64,000 bases of DNA from Shewanella sp. (GCF_047975355.1 NZ_JBKEDJ010000055.1:7760-71759); one strand, 5' to 3'. Shown: positions 29,482 to 40,586, numbered from the stretch's first letter. The notes: generated by a model from the sequence alone, not told the origin. Translations and numbers: made by a program.

Positions 29482-30621
29482 TCAGTTGGTTTTCATATCA
29501 TTTACCGATTGCAGCATCATGCGGCTTTCGCGCTGAAACTGTGGCGCAAAATCACCAAACCACTTAGCAACCGTTTGGAACTGGCTGATAAACGCGTCCC
29601 TATCGCCCCGTTTTAACAGCTCTAATGCTTCGCGATAGTTATCCAAATAATCGCCAATCGCATGCTGGCTATCCTGCTGGGCAAAAATAATATCGGCATA
29701 AAGCTCTGGGCTTTGGGCGAATAAGCGCCCCACCATGGCAAGTTCTAAACGATAGATAGGCGAGCTAAATTGCAGCAGGGTTTCAATATCCGCCTCTTCT
29801 TTGCAAAGATTCAACCCATAGACAAAGGTTGAGAAGTGGCGCATCGCCTGTACCAATTGCATCGCACTATCGTGGCGCTCAGGCTCCGCCTCGACAATCC
29901 GGGCCCCCCAAATCCCAATTTGCTCGAGCAACCATTGGTATTTATCGGCTTCGCGTCCGTGACACACCACCACGACCTGCTTAGCCAAACTGCCGACATC
30001 TGGGCCAAACATGGGATGAAAGCCAACGACAGGCCCCTTGTGAGCGGCCAACATGGCATTCATCGGTTCTGTCTTGATTGAGGTTAAGTCGGCTAAAATA
30101 CATTCCTGCGGTAATTGGGTGAGTTTTTCACGGATAAGGTCGCAGGTAATGGCGATAGGCACAGTCACCAATACCAATCCTGCGTCGGCAAATAAGGTTT
30201 CCGCCTGCTGCCAATCGTCTTTATCAAGCACTTTGACCTGATAACCCGAGAGCGTCAGCATTTGTTGAAACAGTCCGCCAAGTTGGCCCTTACCACCGAC
30301 AATCACGACCAAACCGAGATCATTTTTCACTTGCTTAAAACCGACATCCTTCTCGTTGAGGTAGGATTCACGCATCAAGCGGCGCAAAATATCTTCAATC
30401 AATTGCGGCGCTATGCCCATGGTTTTCGCTTCTTCGCGGCGTTTTGCGAGCATTGCTGCTTCACGTTGCGGCGCATAAATCGGCAGTCCTGCGGCGTGTT
30501 TAACTGTCCCCACCTGTGCGACTAAATCTAAGCGTTTGCGCAGTAAATGCAGCAATTGCTGGTCGACACCATCGATGAGGCCGCGAAGGTGTTCTAATTC
30601 AGTTGTGGTTTTTTCGTTCAT
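29482..30621 (-). CDS. tyrA: Chorismate mutase/prephenate dehydrogenase (T-protein)
   Basis: AroQ N-terminus, [31 protein letters not shown]. Confidence 0.96.
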   Translation of the reverse strand: MNEKTTTELEHLRGLIDGVDQQLLHLLRKRLDLVAQVGTVKHAAGLPIYAPQREAAMLAKRREEAKTMGIAPQLIEDILRRLMRESYLNEKDVGFKQVKNDLGLVVIVGGKGQLGGLFQQMLTLSGYQVKVLDKDDWQQAETLFADAGLVLVTVPIAITCDLIREKLTQLPQECILADLTSIKTEPMNAMLAAHKGPVVGFHPMFGPDVGSLAKQVVVVCHGREADKYQWLLEQIGIWGARIVEAEPERHDSAMQLVQAMRHFSTFVYGLNLCKEEADIETLLQFSSPIYRLELAMVGRLFAQSPELYADIIFAQQDSQHAIGDYLDNYREALELLKRGDRDAFISQFQTVAKWFGDFAPQFQRESRMMLQSVNDMKTN

Positions 30622-30682
30622 CTTATCAGTCCACTACACACCTAAAGTTAGGTTTTTAAACATTCGGCTCTTAAGATTGCTC

Positions 30683-31774
30683 TTAAGCATTGGCCACTTT
30701 GAGCATATCGAAACGCGTTGGTAATACCGAAGATAACTTCGATGCGCCCGCACGTAAAACGCTTTCGGTTTTTTCCCAATTAATACAGGAGTCTGTCACA
30801 GAAACCCCGTAGGCCAGTTCGCTTAATGGTTTATCACAACTTTGATTACCTTCGTTTAAATGACTTTCTAGCATTACGCCAATAATGGACTTATTGCCGT
30901 TGTAGATTTGTGAAAAAACATCTTCACACACAGGGACTTGCCTGGTGTAATCCTTAGAGGAATTGCCATGGCTGCAATCAATGATAAGGCGAGCATTGAG
31001 TTTAGCCTTATGTAGCTGCTCCTCACATTCGGCGACGCTAGCCGCATCGTAGTTAGGCACTGCGCCGCCACGGAGGATCACATGCCCATCGGGATTTCCC
31101 GCAGTTTGCAATAACGCTACTTGACCCTGTTGGTTAATCCCCATAAATCGGTGGCTGCTGGCCGCCGATTTAAGCGCATTAATTGCCACATCAAGCTTTC
31201 CGTCGGTACCATTTTTAAAACCAACGGGCATAGATAAGCCCGACGCCATTTCCCTGTGTGTTTGCGACTCAGTAGTGCGAGCACCAATGGCCGACCAAGT
31301 TACTAACTCTGAGATGTACTGTGGGCTGATAGGATCGAGCGCTTCGGTTGCGACTGGCAGTTCGAGTTCGGCCAACCAAATCATCAGCTCACGAGCCATC
31401 TTTAAGCCCTTCTCGACATCGAAGGACTCGTCCATATCGGGATCGTTAATCATGCCCTTCCAACCCACTGTGGTGCGTGGCTTTTCAAAGTACACCCGCA
31501 TTAGGATGTAAAACTCATCGCTGAGTTCATCGTGTAATTTTTTAAGCTTTAAGGCATATTCCTTGGCGGCATCGATATCGTGGATAGAACAAGGTCCAGT
31601 GACGATAAGCACGCGGTTATCGCGCTTATGAACAATATCCGCCACGGTTTTGCGTGCATTGAGGATATAACGATACGCGTGCTCAGAGAGTGGCAGAGTC
31701 GCTTTTAGCTCCTGCGGTGTAATTAACACTTTCTCTGAACTAATGTGTACGTTATTGATCGTATCCTGTTGCAT
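30683..31774 (-). CDS. aroF: DAHP synthase, type I-alpha
   Basis: GPCSIHD, RVYFEKPRTTVGWKG, IGARTTESQTHRE, DCSHGNS; upstream of tyrA (aroF by synteny); start likely ATG 31774. Confidence 0.9.
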   Translation of the reverse strand: MQQDTINNVHISSEKVLITPQELKATLPLSEHAYRYILNARKTVADIVHKRDNRVLIVTGPCSIHDIDAAKEYALKLKKLHDELSDEFYILMRVYFEKPRTTVGWKGMINDPDMDESFDVEKGLKMARELMIWLAELELPVATEALDPISPQYISELVTWSAIGARTTESQTHREMASGLSMPVGFKNGTDGKLDVAINALKSAASSHRFMGINQQGQVALLQTAGNPDGHVILRGGAVPNYDAASVAECEEQLHKAKLNARLIIDCSHGNSSKDYTRQVPVCEDVFSQIYNGNKSIIGVMLESHLNEGNQSCDKPLSELAYGVSVTDSCINWEKTESVLRAGASKLSSVLPTRFDMLKVANA

Positions 31775-31867
31775 GCTTACCACCTAAAACTTAAGTCATA
31801 TACCCACTTTAATCAGGAGCCTGAGTCTCAAACCGCTGCGGGGAAGAATAAATAGCCGAGGCCAGAA

Positions 31868-31895
31868 TGTAATATCGTAATGATACACCATTACA
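31868..31895. promoter_or_regulatory. Two overlapping palindromic operators upstream of aroF (TrpR-like geometry)
   Basis: TGTAATATCGTAATGATACA (31868-31887) and CGTAATGATACACCATTACA (31876-31895), offset by 8 bp. Confidence 0.5.
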
Positions 31896-32007
31896 ATAAG
31901 AGACCAATATGCCTATTAATTGACAGAAGATCAAGGAAGAATTTAACAAATTCGGCATTTAGCCCGAAACGCACTCAAAATGGCTAAAAACACAAACTTC
32001 AGGCAAC

Positions 32008-32032
32008 AAAAAACCGCCACGAGGGCGGTTTT
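32008..32032 (-). terminator. Terminator of the rpsP-rimM-trmD-rplS operon
   Basis: AAAACCGCC-ctcgt-GGCGGTTTTTT on the minus strand. Confidence 0.85.
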
Positions 32033-32072
32033 CTGTGCGAACACTACGTCTTGTTTTCTGTAGCGGGTACTA

Positions 32073-32426
32073 TTACTTAGTAGCCAGCTTTTCACGGATA
32101 CGTGCAGATTTACCTGAACGATCACGTAAGTAGTACAGTTTGGCGCGACGAACGCGGCCACGACGCTTAACTTCAATGCTAGCGATCAGAGGGCTGTGCG
32201 TTTGGAATGCACGCTCAACACCTTCGCCATTAGAGATTTTACGTACTGTGAATGCAGAGTGCAGACCACGGTTACGTTTAGCAATTACAACGCCTTCGAA
32301 AGCCTGTAAACGCTCTTTATCACCTTCTTTAACACGAACCTGAACTACTACTGTATCACCAGCACCAAACGCAGGTACGTCTTGTTTCATTTGCTCATCG
32401 TTGAGCATTTTAATGATGTTGTTCAT
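32073..32426 (-). CDS. rplS: 50S ribosomal protein L19
   Basis: [26 protein letters not shown]. Confidence 0.98.
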
Positions 32427-32460
32427 AACTTACTCCGTTCTAGAATTAACTGAGCTACGA

Positions 32461-33207
32461 CTAAGCATTCTTGTCCATTGCTTCAACGAACTGCGCTAAA
32501 AGAGTCGATTGTTCGTCAGTCAGAGCTAGATTTTCAAATAATTCTGGCCGTCTTAGAAAAGTCCTACCAAGGCTTTGCTGCAAACGCCAGAGTCTAATTT
32601 GTTCGTGGTTGCCACTTAGCAGTACTGCGGGTACATCGAGTCCATCCAGACTTTCAGGGCGCGTGTAATGAGGACAGTCCAGTAAACCGTCGGAGAAAGA
32701 ATCTTGCTCCGCCGAAGCTTGTTTTCCTAGCACGCCAGGAACCAATCTCGATACTGCATCTATCAAGGTCATAGCAGGTAATTCGCCGCCCGAAAGCACG
32801 TAATCCCCAACCGACCATTCTTCATCCACTTCCGTTTGAATGATGCGTTCATCAATACCTTCGTACCGACCACACACCAGAATCAACCGGGATGATTTAG
32901 CCAACTCAGTGACGCCTTGCTGATCCAGCTTGCGTCCTTGAGGTGACAAGTAAATCACCTTTGCCTCTTCGCCTGCCGCCGCTTTCGCAGCATGGATGGC
33001 ATCGCGTAAGGGTTGCACCATCATCAACATTCCGGGACCACCGCCGTAAGGCCTGTCATCTACCGTACTGTGTTTATCATGGGTGAAATCGCGAGGATTC
33101 CACGTGTGCAACTCAAGCAGACCGTTCTTCACGGCACGACCCGTAACCCCAAAGTCTGTTACGGCACGAAACATTTCTGGGAACAGGGTTATTACCCCTA
33201 ACCACAT
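32461..33207 (-). CDS. trmD: tRNA (guanine37-N1)-methyltransferase
   Basis: [36 protein letters not shown]. Confidence 0.98.
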   Translation of the reverse strand: MWLGVITLFPEMFRAVTDFGVTGRAVKNGLLELHTWNPRDFTHDKHSTVDDRPYGGGPGMLMMVQPLRDAIHAAKAAAGEEAKVIYLSPQGRKLDQQGVTELAKSSRLILVCGRYEGIDERIIQTEVDEEWSVGDYVLSGGELPAMTLIDAVSRLVPGVLGKQASAEQDSFSDGLLDCPHYTRPESLDGLDVPAVLLSGNHEQIRLWRLQQSLGRTFLRRPELFENLALTDEQSTLLAQFVEAMDKNA

Positions 33208-33222
33208 ATGTTGTACCTCGAC

Positions 33223-33756
33223 TTAAAAGTCAGGATCCCAATCCACTAAAATCTGTTTACCTTGGACATCCACCTTTAGGATGAATTGCCCTGGGACAAA
33301 GGGAAGCATACGTTCCACTTTGCCGAAGCTATCTTTCGCATTGGCTTTCACTAAGAGCACGTCGTTCGAACCGGTTTCCACGATTTGGTCGACAACGCCC
33401 ATGTTATAGCCATTGGTATTAATCACTTCACAACCGATGAGGTCACGCCAATAGAACTCGTCTTCTGGCAAATCGTTCATCTGCTCTGGCAGGATCCCAA
33501 TTTCGCAATTGGTGAGCATTTGTGCTCGCTCCCGCGTGGTGACACCTTCAAGCTCGGCGACAACCGCCTTGCCTTGGTAACGCCACTGAATGACTTTTAC
33601 TTCACGCCATTCACCATTTTCTTTAATAAGCCAAGGTGAATAGTCAAAGATACCTTCAACAGAATCGGTATAGGCGGTGATTTTCAGCCAACCTTTAATG
33701 CCATGACAGGAGCCTAATTTCCCCAGTACGACTGGCTGTTGGTTACTGCTCATCAA
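33223..33756 (-). CDS. rimM: Ribosome maturation factor RimM
   Basis: [37 protein letters not shown]. Confidence 0.97.
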   Translation of the reverse strand: MMSSNQQPVVLGKLGSCHGIKGWLKITAYTDSVEGIFDYSPWLIKENGEWREVKVIQWRYQGKAVVAELEGVTTRERAQMLTNCEIGILPEQMNDLPEDEFYWRDLIGCEVINTNGYNMGVVDQIVETGSNDVLLVKANAKDSFGKVERMLPFVPGQFILKVDVQGKQILVDWDPDF

Positions 33757-33773
33757 TCTATACCTTAACGCTA

Positions 33774-34022
33774 TTAAGCAGCTGCTTTAGCGTCTTTGAT
33801 CAATTTTGCTACGCGATCAGTTGTCGCAGCGCCGTTCGCAACCCAGTGCTCAACGCGAGCTAGGTCTAAACGTAAAGTTTCTTCTTGGCCACGAGCCAAT
33901 GGGTTGAAGAAACCAACACGCTCAATGAAACGACCGTCACGAGCGTTACGGCTGTCAGCAACAACGATGTTGTAAAATGGACGCTTTTTAGCGCCACCAC
34001 GAGCTAAACGAATGGTAACCAT
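33774..34022 (-). CDS. rpsP: 30S ribosomal protein S16
   Basis: [17 protein letters not shown]...[14 protein letters not shown]. Confidence 0.98.
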   Translation of the reverse strand: MVTIRLARGGAKKRPFYNIVVADSRNARDGRFIERVGFFNPLARGQEETLRLDLARVEHWVANGAATTDRVAKLIKDAKAAA

Positions 34023-34111
34023 GCGTTTTCAATCCTCTAATGATTTGCTTGAAGCAAAAATAAAAACTGGAACCCCGTGTTCGCGAAGAGTCCCAGATAG
34101 AAAGCCGGAAG

Positions 34112-34139
34112 ATTTTACCTGACTTTTCAACGAATGCAA
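34112..34139 (-). promoter_or_regulatory. Putative sigma70 promoter of the rpsP operon
   Basis: Minus strand TTGCAT-16 bp-TAAAAT followed by the GC-rich CTTCCGGC. Confidence 0.55.
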
Positions 34140-34240
34140 CCAAATCTGGCGATTATTAAACCTGCCCAGTGATTGCACGCCTCATTTCAAATAGAATCAA
34201 CCAACTGATAAAACATCAACTTTGATGAAAATCGCCAGAA

Positions 34241-35614
34241 TTAACGGCCAGGAAATTTCATGCCGCCAGGCATCATGCCACGCATTCCGCGCATCATCTT
34301 CTGGATGCCGCCCTTGGCCGACATCTTTTTCATCATCTTTTGCATTTGGGTAAACTGTTTCAATAAACGGTTCACGTCTTGAATTTGCGTACCAGAACCC
34401 GCAGCGATCCGGCGCTTACGTGAACCCTTGATTAAATCGGGGTTTTTGCGCTCTTTCGCCGTCATTGAGTTAATGATGGCTTCCATTTGACGGGTCATTT
34501 TACCGTCTTGGATTTGCGCTAGGGCATCCGGTGGCAATTGACCCACACCGGGCAGCTTTTCAATCATGCTCATCATGCCGCCCATGTTTTTCATCTGCTG
34601 TAGCTGCTCGCGGAAATCTTCGAGATCAAAACTTCCGCCCTGCTTCACTTTGGAAGCCAGCTTCATCGCCTTGTCTTTATCGACACCGCGCTCAACTTCT
34701 TCGATAAGCGACAATACGTCGCCCATGCCGAGAATACGTGAGGCGATACGGTCTGGATGGAAAGGCTCTAGGGCATCGGTCTTCTCGCCAACACCGAGGA
34801 ATTTAATCGGTTTGCCGGTAATGTGACGAATTGATAATGCCGCACCGCCGCGCGCATCACCGTCGACCTTAGTTAAAATCACACCGGTGAGCGGCAGCGC
34901 TTCGTTAAAGGCTTTGGCCGTGTTTGCCGCGTCTTGACCTGTCATGGCATCGACCACAAACAGTGTCTCAATCGGTTTAACCGCCGCGTGCAGCGCCTTG
35001 ATCTCATCCATCATGGCTTCATCGACGTGCAGACGACCTGCGGTATCGAGGATCACCACATCGATAAATTTAAGTTTGGCATGGGCAATGGCCGCCTTGG
35101 CGATATCGATTGGCTTTTGGCTCACATCCGATGGGAAGAACTCCACATCGACTTCGGTCGCTAAGGTTTCAAGCTGTTTAATCGCCGCAGGACGGTAAAC
35201 GTCAGCACTGACTACTAATACCGATTTTTTATGGCGCGTACGCAGCAGCTTACCTAATTTGGCAACGCTGGTAGTTTTACCCGCACCTTGAAGACCCGCC
35301 ATCATCACCACAGCTGGCGGCTGAGTGGCTAAATCCAGAGCTTGGTTTGCTTCGCCCATGGATTTTTCAAGTTCATTTTGAACAATCTTAATGAAGGCTT
35401 GACCAGGACTTAAGCTCTTCGCCACTTCCTGACCAACGGCACGTTCTTTTACATTGTTAACGAATTCACGCACCACAGGCAGGGCAACATCGGCCTCCAG
35501 CAGCGCCATACGCACTTCGCGCAGGGTTTCCTTAACGTTTTCTTCGGTTAAGCGACCACGGCCACTGATATTTTTCAGCGTGCGTGACAGTCTGTCGGTT
35601 AGATTCTCAAACAT
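34241..35614 (-). CDS. ffh: Signal recognition particle protein
   Basis: MFENLTDRL, GLQGAGKTT, DTAGRL, TKVDGDARGG, Met-rich M domain. Confidence 0.98.
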   Translation of the reverse strand: MFENLTDRLSRTLKNISGRGRLTEENVKETLREVRMALLEADVALPVVREFVNNVKERAVGQEVAKSLSPGQAFIKIVQNELEKSMGEANQALDLATQPPAVVMMAGLQGAGKTTSVAKLGKLLRTRHKKSVLVVSADVYRPAAIKQLETLATEVDVEFFPSDVSQKPIDIAKAAIAHAKLKFIDVVILDTAGRLHVDEAMMDEIKALHAAVKPIETLFVVDAMTGQDAANTAKAFNEALPLTGVILTKVDGDARGGAALSIRHITGKPIKFLGVGEKTDALEPFHPDRIASRILGMGDVLSLIEEVERGVDKDKAMKLASKVKQGGSFDLEDFREQLQQMKNMGGMMSMIEKLPGVGQLPPDALAQIQDGKMTRQMEAIINSMTAKERKNPDLIKGSRKRRIAAGSGTQIQDVNRLLKQFTQMQKMMKKMSAKGGIQKMMRGMRGMMPGGMKFPGR

Positions 35615-35903
35615 CGTCCAGCTCTATACCTTTAGGATCTCGATTAATGAGTTGTATTATAACGATGCGGACGCATTATGCTACTGCTATGCCCTACTTG
35701 CGTTAACTTCGGCAACTAACCTGCTTTAGGTCATATTTTGCGATTCGCCTACGACATATTTACGTCTAACAATAAGAATCTGCTAAATTTTGCAACTTAT
35801 GTCACTGCCCATTTGCCGACGGCTCATGTTATTCTAGGCAAAATATTGATCTGTATGCCCCATTTTCAAGGCACCACTAACAACACGAATAGGTTAATTA
35901 CCC

Positions 35904-36692
35904 ATGGTCATTTTTTCTGCCTCAGCCATGTTTTTTTATTGCATCGCATTGGTATTAGTGACAAGTCGACTGTTTCATCCTGAAGGTCCTAATCGTAAGG
36001 CCGTTGCCGGTGTAGCCGCCATCGCTGTGATTTTACACGCTGCCGCCCTTTCTCAGGCGATATTTACGACCGACGGACAAAACTTCAGTCTGACCAATGT
36101 GATCTCGTTAGTGAACTGGATTATCGCCTTCACCTTTACTGTGATGATGTTTAGGTTAAAGGTGATTGTCGTCGTGCCCGTGGTTTACGCCTGTTCGGTG
36201 CTCTCTGTAGCCCTGCTATGGTTATTACCTCCTAAATTTATCACTCACTTTGAGCTTTATCCTGAAGTCTTAGCCCACGTAGTGCTATCACTTATGGCCT
36301 ACAGCGCCTTGATGATCGCCGCCCTGTACGCAATTCAGCTGGCGATGATCCAAAATAAACTCAAGAAGAAACAATTGATGTTAAGCCCTGGCATTCCACC
36401 GCTGATGACGGTAGAAAAGCAGCTCTATCATCTTGTGATTATTGGGGTCATTTTACTGAGTTTATCCCTCTCCACCGGATTTATCTTCCTCGATGATATG
36501 TTTGCCGATGGCAAAGGCCATAAGGCGATTCTGTCTATCATCGCGTGGTTTGTGTACATCGCCATGCTGTGGCAACAGTATTGGGTCGGCTGTAGAATTC
36601 GCACCGCGGTCATTTACACCTTAACGGGCGCGACCTTGTTATCCTTAGCTTATTTTGGCGCTCGGATTGTCAAAGAGTTAATTCTTAGTTAA
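35904..36692 (+). CDS. ypjD: Inner-membrane protein YpjD (cytochrome c assembly CcsA-like)
   Basis: 8 TM helices, PPLMTVEK, HKAILS, LAYFG; divergent from ffh as in enterobacteria. Confidence 0.88.
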   Translation: MVIFSASAMFFYCIALVLVTSRLFHPEGPNRKAVAGVAAIAVILHAAALSQAIFTTDGQNFSLTNVISLVNWIIAFTFTVMMFRLKVIVVVPVVYACSVLSVALLWLLPPKFITHFELYPEVLAHVVLSLMAYSALMIAALYAIQLAMIQNKLKKKQLMLSPGIPPLMTVEKQLYHLVIIGVILLSLSLSTGFIFLDDMFADGKGHKAILSIIAWFVYIAMLWQQYWVGCRIRTAVIYTLTGATLLSLAYFGARIVKELILS

Positions 36693-36793
36693 TAATTTCA
36701 AGTCAGCTTAGGCGCTTATTCCCTGAGCTGACTTGACACTCCGTGTATTTCTCGGTATCAACTTAAGCTTATCGGCCTGATTGGAGCCTATTT

Positions 36794-38065
36794 TTGGACG
36801 CTATATCGACAAGCGCACTCCTCATTTTCTTACTAGTGCTTATCCTTTGTTCTGCCTACTTTTCAGGTTCTGAAACCGCCATGATGACTCTTAATCGCTA
36901 TCGGTTAAGACATCTCGCCTCAAACGGCCATAAAGGTGCGATACGCGCCCTTAAGCTACTCGAACGTCCTGACCGCTTAATTGGCTTGATTCTGATAGGT
37001 AATAACCTGGTTAATATTCTCGCCTCCGCCATTGCAACCATTATCGGGATGCGCCTTTGGGGCGATTTAGGTGTCGCAGTCGCCACAGGAGTGCTGACCT
37101 TAGTCGTTTTGGTCTTTGCCGAGGTCACCCCCAAAACTATCGCCGCCTTGAACCCTGAACGCATTGCCTTCCCATCGAGTATTTTACTTATTGGTCTATC
37201 AACGATTTTTGCCTATGTCGTCACCAGCGTTAACTGGATAACCACAGGCATACTGCGCCTCTTCGGCATCAAAACCATCAGCAGCAGCGATGCACTTAGC
37301 CAAGAAGAGTTAAGGACGGTCGTCCATGAGGCTGGCGCCTTGATCCCCCAGCGCCACCAAGAAATGTTGTTATCTATATTGGACTTAGAAAAAGTCACCG
37401 TAGAAGACATCATGGTGCCGCGCTCTGATATTTACGCGATTAACGTCAACGATGACTTTAAATATATCAATCGCCAAGTGATCCAAAGTCCACATACTCG
37501 TGTGCTGGTTTACCGCGATACCATTGACGATGCCGTCGGCTTTATTCATCTGCGTGATGCACTGCGCCTGCAATCAAAAGAACAGTTCAGTAAATCCTCA
37601 TTGCTACGTGCGGTAAAAGAACTCTACTTTATTCCCGAAGGAACACCGCTCAATGTGCAATTAGCCAACTTCCAGCACAATAAAGAGCGCATCGGCCTAG
37701 TGGTCGATGAATACGGTGATATACAAGGGTTGGTCACACTCGAAGATATTCTCGAAGAAATTGTCGGTGACTTCACCACCTCAATGCTGGCCACGCCGAG
37801 TGAAGATATCACCGCCCAGCAGGATGGGAGCTATTTAGTGGATGCCAGTATCACTGTCCGTGATTTGAATAAAGAAATGAAATGGGACTTCCCAACCGAT
37901 GGCCCCAAAACCCTCAATGGCCTGATCTTAGAATATTTAGAGGATATCCCCGCCGAAAACACTAGCCTTCGCCTAGCGGGTTATCCATTAGAAGTGATTG
38001 AAGTTGCTGACAATATGGTCAAAACTGTACGTATCATTCCACAGCATTATCAGTCTCAAAAGTAA
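36794..38065 (+). CDS. yfjD: CNNM/DUF21-CBS-CorC family transporter (YfjD/CorB-like)
   Basis: SAYFSGSETA, ILIGNNLVN, FAEVTPK, CBS pair (IMVPR, VVDEYG...TLEDILEEIVG), CorC domain; TTG start. Confidence 0.88.
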   Translation: MDAISTSALLIFLLVLILCSAYFSGSETAMMTLNRYRLRHLASNGHKGAIRALKLLERPDRLIGLILIGNNLVNILASAIATIIGMRLWGDLGVAVATGVLTLVVLVFAEVTPKTIAALNPERIAFPSSILLIGLSTIFAYVVTSVNWITTGILRLFGIKTISSSDALSQEELRTVVHEAGALIPQRHQEMLLSILDLEKVTVEDIMVPRSDIYAINVNDDFKYINRQVIQSPHTRVLVYRDTIDDAVGFIHLRDALRLQSKEQFSKSSLLRAVKELYFIPEGTPLNVQLANFQHNKERIGLVVDEYGDIQGLVTLEDILEEIVGDFTTSMLATPSEDITAQQDGSYLVDASITVRDLNKEMKWDFPTDGPKTLNGLILEYLEDIPAENTSLRLAGYPLEVIEVADNMVKTVRIIPQHYQSQK

Positions 38066-38428
38066 CCAGATTACCTCTCAACGCCAAATGCGGGGGGGGG
38101 ATTTAATCCTTAGCAAATAGCTCGCAATACCACTTACGGCCTAAATACCATCAGTTATAATGGTATCTAGGCCGTCTAAACAGTTTTTAATATCTTTTCA
38201 ATATGTTAGAGATTTTAAAGAGAAAACTCTAACTACCTTCTATTCACTTTTTAATTTGTCTTTTGTTTACGCGTCAATTTTCTCTAAACGCCACCTTCGC
38301 CTAATCGTAGGAATGCCCCATAGGGAATAACAAGCTTGCAACAAGATTAAATCTTTGATAGTAAATAAACTTAACTGCATAGTTTTAATGCTGCTCCCAC
38401 GATACGATTAAACTCTCAAGGATGAAAC

Positions 38429-39847
38429 ATGTTTAAATACTCAGTTTTCTCATTCATTCTATTTTCGTCCTCCTTTACTTTGGCAGCAGACGGTCTTCCT
38501 CTAATTCTGGATTATTATCCAGACTGTGAATACAAAGTAATAATTACAAAAAATAACAACTACACATATGAACTAGATGAAAATGAACTCTTAGAAAGTA
38601 AAGACGCTAACATAACGTCATTTGATGGAAGATATCTAGAAAAGATGCTATCAAGCATTCAACAAGATGCGAGATTACAAGGCTCCGACGCTATTATTAT
38701 TGAAAAAATTAACCTTGGTATTTTTGAGAGTAAACCCATTAAGAATAAAGTATATGTTAAGAAATTTAAAATTCTCACCACCGTGAAAAATATCAAGCTA
38801 TGCCAAGATCGAAGTTTAACAACGAAACCTACGCCGTATAACAGTAGAGGTCAGCAGATTATACAAAAGACCGAAGAGGTTAATGTAGAATTTGCAAGCA
38901 ACGTCAGTCAATATAAACAAGCAGAAAACCACCTTGCTCCAGCTGCGAATGTTACATTAAATCGTGCTTATGGCTTAAGTTCTGGTGAGCCTGAATCATC
39001 TATAAACCAACTGATGGGGCCAGAGAGCGTAAAATTGTCTATGCTGGACGGTTCAACAGCGTATGTTTACGGCAGGACGCTATGGATTTATGCAAAAAAC
39101 AGCCAGATTGTTAGGATCGATAAAAACCAGAGCATTCTAAATAATCATGGTAATAATATGATTGAGCCTAGTGATAATTATGACCAAGACAACTGGATTA
39201 TCGATGGCAAGATACAATTTAAAGATAAGCTAGCGCAAATACTGTCGCTAGAGAAAATAGAACAAGAAGGCAACGATTATCGCCTCGATGGAAAAAACAA
39301 TAAGCTAATATTGCACTTCGAAACCTTCAGTTTAAACAATAAACATGAAACAGCAGAGATGTTAACTGGATTTTCGTTTGTTCCACGAGAAAACAGCGCC
39401 AAGCGTACTTCGATAAATTTCAATGAATTTGATGACAATAAAATAAAACAAATCATCTCAAATAAAAACGAGGATGAATTTATCCTAAGCCCCTCTCAAC
39501 TTGCCAACATTATAAAAATACCCAATCAGGTTGACTCCTCACGCAGTGAGCAATGGGTCATCGCCACTGAAAATATTCTCCTCGGCATTAATGATATTGA
39601 GGCAAGAAAAGTCAGTAAAATTCGATTTACAGAGTCACTAACGAGAAACCAAAACAAAGACGAATTTATGAAAACGTTGAAAAACTACAACGTTCCTATC
39701 ACTAAATCTGATTTCTTATCAAAAAACCAAGAGTCGGAAGATAATTTTGAACAAGTATTTTACCGAAAAGGCAATGTCTCACTCACAGCAACATTCGAGT
39801 CAGAAGATATGAATGCACAGCTAATAGATTTACTTATTGAGTTGTAA
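38429..39847 (+). CDS. AT-rich hypothetical exported protein
   Basis: 472-aa ORF, AAGGA RBS, signal peptide MFKYSVFSFILFSSSFTLA; visibly AT-richer than its neighbours. Confidence 0.75.
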   Translation: MFKYSVFSFILFSSSFTLAADGLPLILDYYPDCEYKVIITKNNNYTYELDENELLESKDANITSFDGRYLEKMLSSIQQDARLQGSDAIIIEKINLGIFESKPIKNKVYVKKFKILTTVKNIKLCQDRSLTTKPTPYNSRGQQIIQKTEEVNVEFASNVSQYKQAENHLAPAANVTLNRAYGLSSGEPESSINQLMGPESVKLSMLDGSTAYVYGRTLWIYAKNSQIVRIDKNQSILNNHGNNMIEPSDNYDQDNWIIDGKIQFKDKLAQILSLEKIEQEGNDYRLDGKNNKLILHFETFSLNNKHETAEMLTGFSFVPRENSAKRTSINFNEFDDNKIKQIISNKNEDEFILSPSQLANIIKIPNQVDSSRSEQWVIATENILLGINDIEARKVSKIRFTESLTRNQNKDEFMKTLKNYNVPITKSDFLSKNQESEDNFEQVFYRKGNVSLTATFESEDMNAQLIDLLIEL

Positions 39848-39894
39848 ATGATTAGCCGTGCAGCTCCCATGACAAAAGGCTATAAAACTAGAAA

Positions 39895-40416
39895 CTACAC
39901 TTTTTTGCTATCGAGTGCTCGGCGCTTCTCGATAGCAATAGGTGTAATCTCAGCATCTAACTCCTTTTCTAAACCCAAGATAAAATACACTTCGGCCATT
40001 AAGAAGAACGGACCAATTAGCAGTTGGTTTAAATCGTCCACAAAAGCGGGTTTAGCCTTCTCGTATTGATGGCCAATCAACTGAAAAATCCATCCCACGA
40101 TAAATACCGATATAGCCAACCAGAAGGCGTTGGGAGAGTCAGCCATTAGCTCTGTGGTATAAACGACGGGGGCGATAAATAAAGCTAGGCCAATCGCTAA
40201 CTTTGCGTGTAAGCGAAAGTAATAAACCAGCACTCCTGCCCCTAAAATCACACCTAAACTCACATCACCCGCGCTGCCAAGTGGAATACGGATAGTCGCC
40301 AGCAATAGGAAAGCAGACCATATAATCAATGGAATACCTACGAAATGGGTAAGTATATTGCGCTGATTTAAATGCACACTCTTATAGGTTGATAGCTGCT
40401 CTACGGCGGATTTCAT
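39895..40416 (-). CDS. DUF962/Mpo1-like membrane protein
   Basis: Y...H.N..N...HFVGIP, WIFQLIGH..EK.KPAF and GPFF motifs. Confidence 0.85.
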   Translation of the reverse strand: MKSAVEQLSTYKSVHLNQRNILTHFVGIPLIIWSAFLLLATIRIPLGSAGDVSLGVILGAGVLVYYFRLHAKLAIGLALFIAPVVYTTELMADSPNAFWLAISVFIVGWIFQLIGHQYEKAKPAFVDDLNQLLIGPFFLMAEVYFILGLEKELDAEITPIAIEKRRALDSKKV

Positions 40417-40542
40417 CTGGGGCTCCTTTTGCTGTGTCCCTGCAAATTAGTGTCTAGATACCACTTTTGACCTAACCTAGCCCAAAAATGCGAGACTGAA
40501 CAGTAAAAAGTAACAAAAATGTTGCTAGGTATTTTAAGCAAT

Positions 40543-40566
40543 AAAAAAGGGAGCTAAGGCTCCCTT
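40543..40566 (-). terminator. Terminator after acpS
   Basis: AAGGGAGC-ctta-GCTCCCTTTTTT on the minus strand. Confidence 0.85.
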
Positions 40567-40586
40567 ATATCGTACAAGGTTAGAAA

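Noticed and set aside
31868..31895. Canonical TyrR box at aroF
   Set aside because: Half-site spacing is 2 bp longer than TGTAAA-N6-TTTACA.
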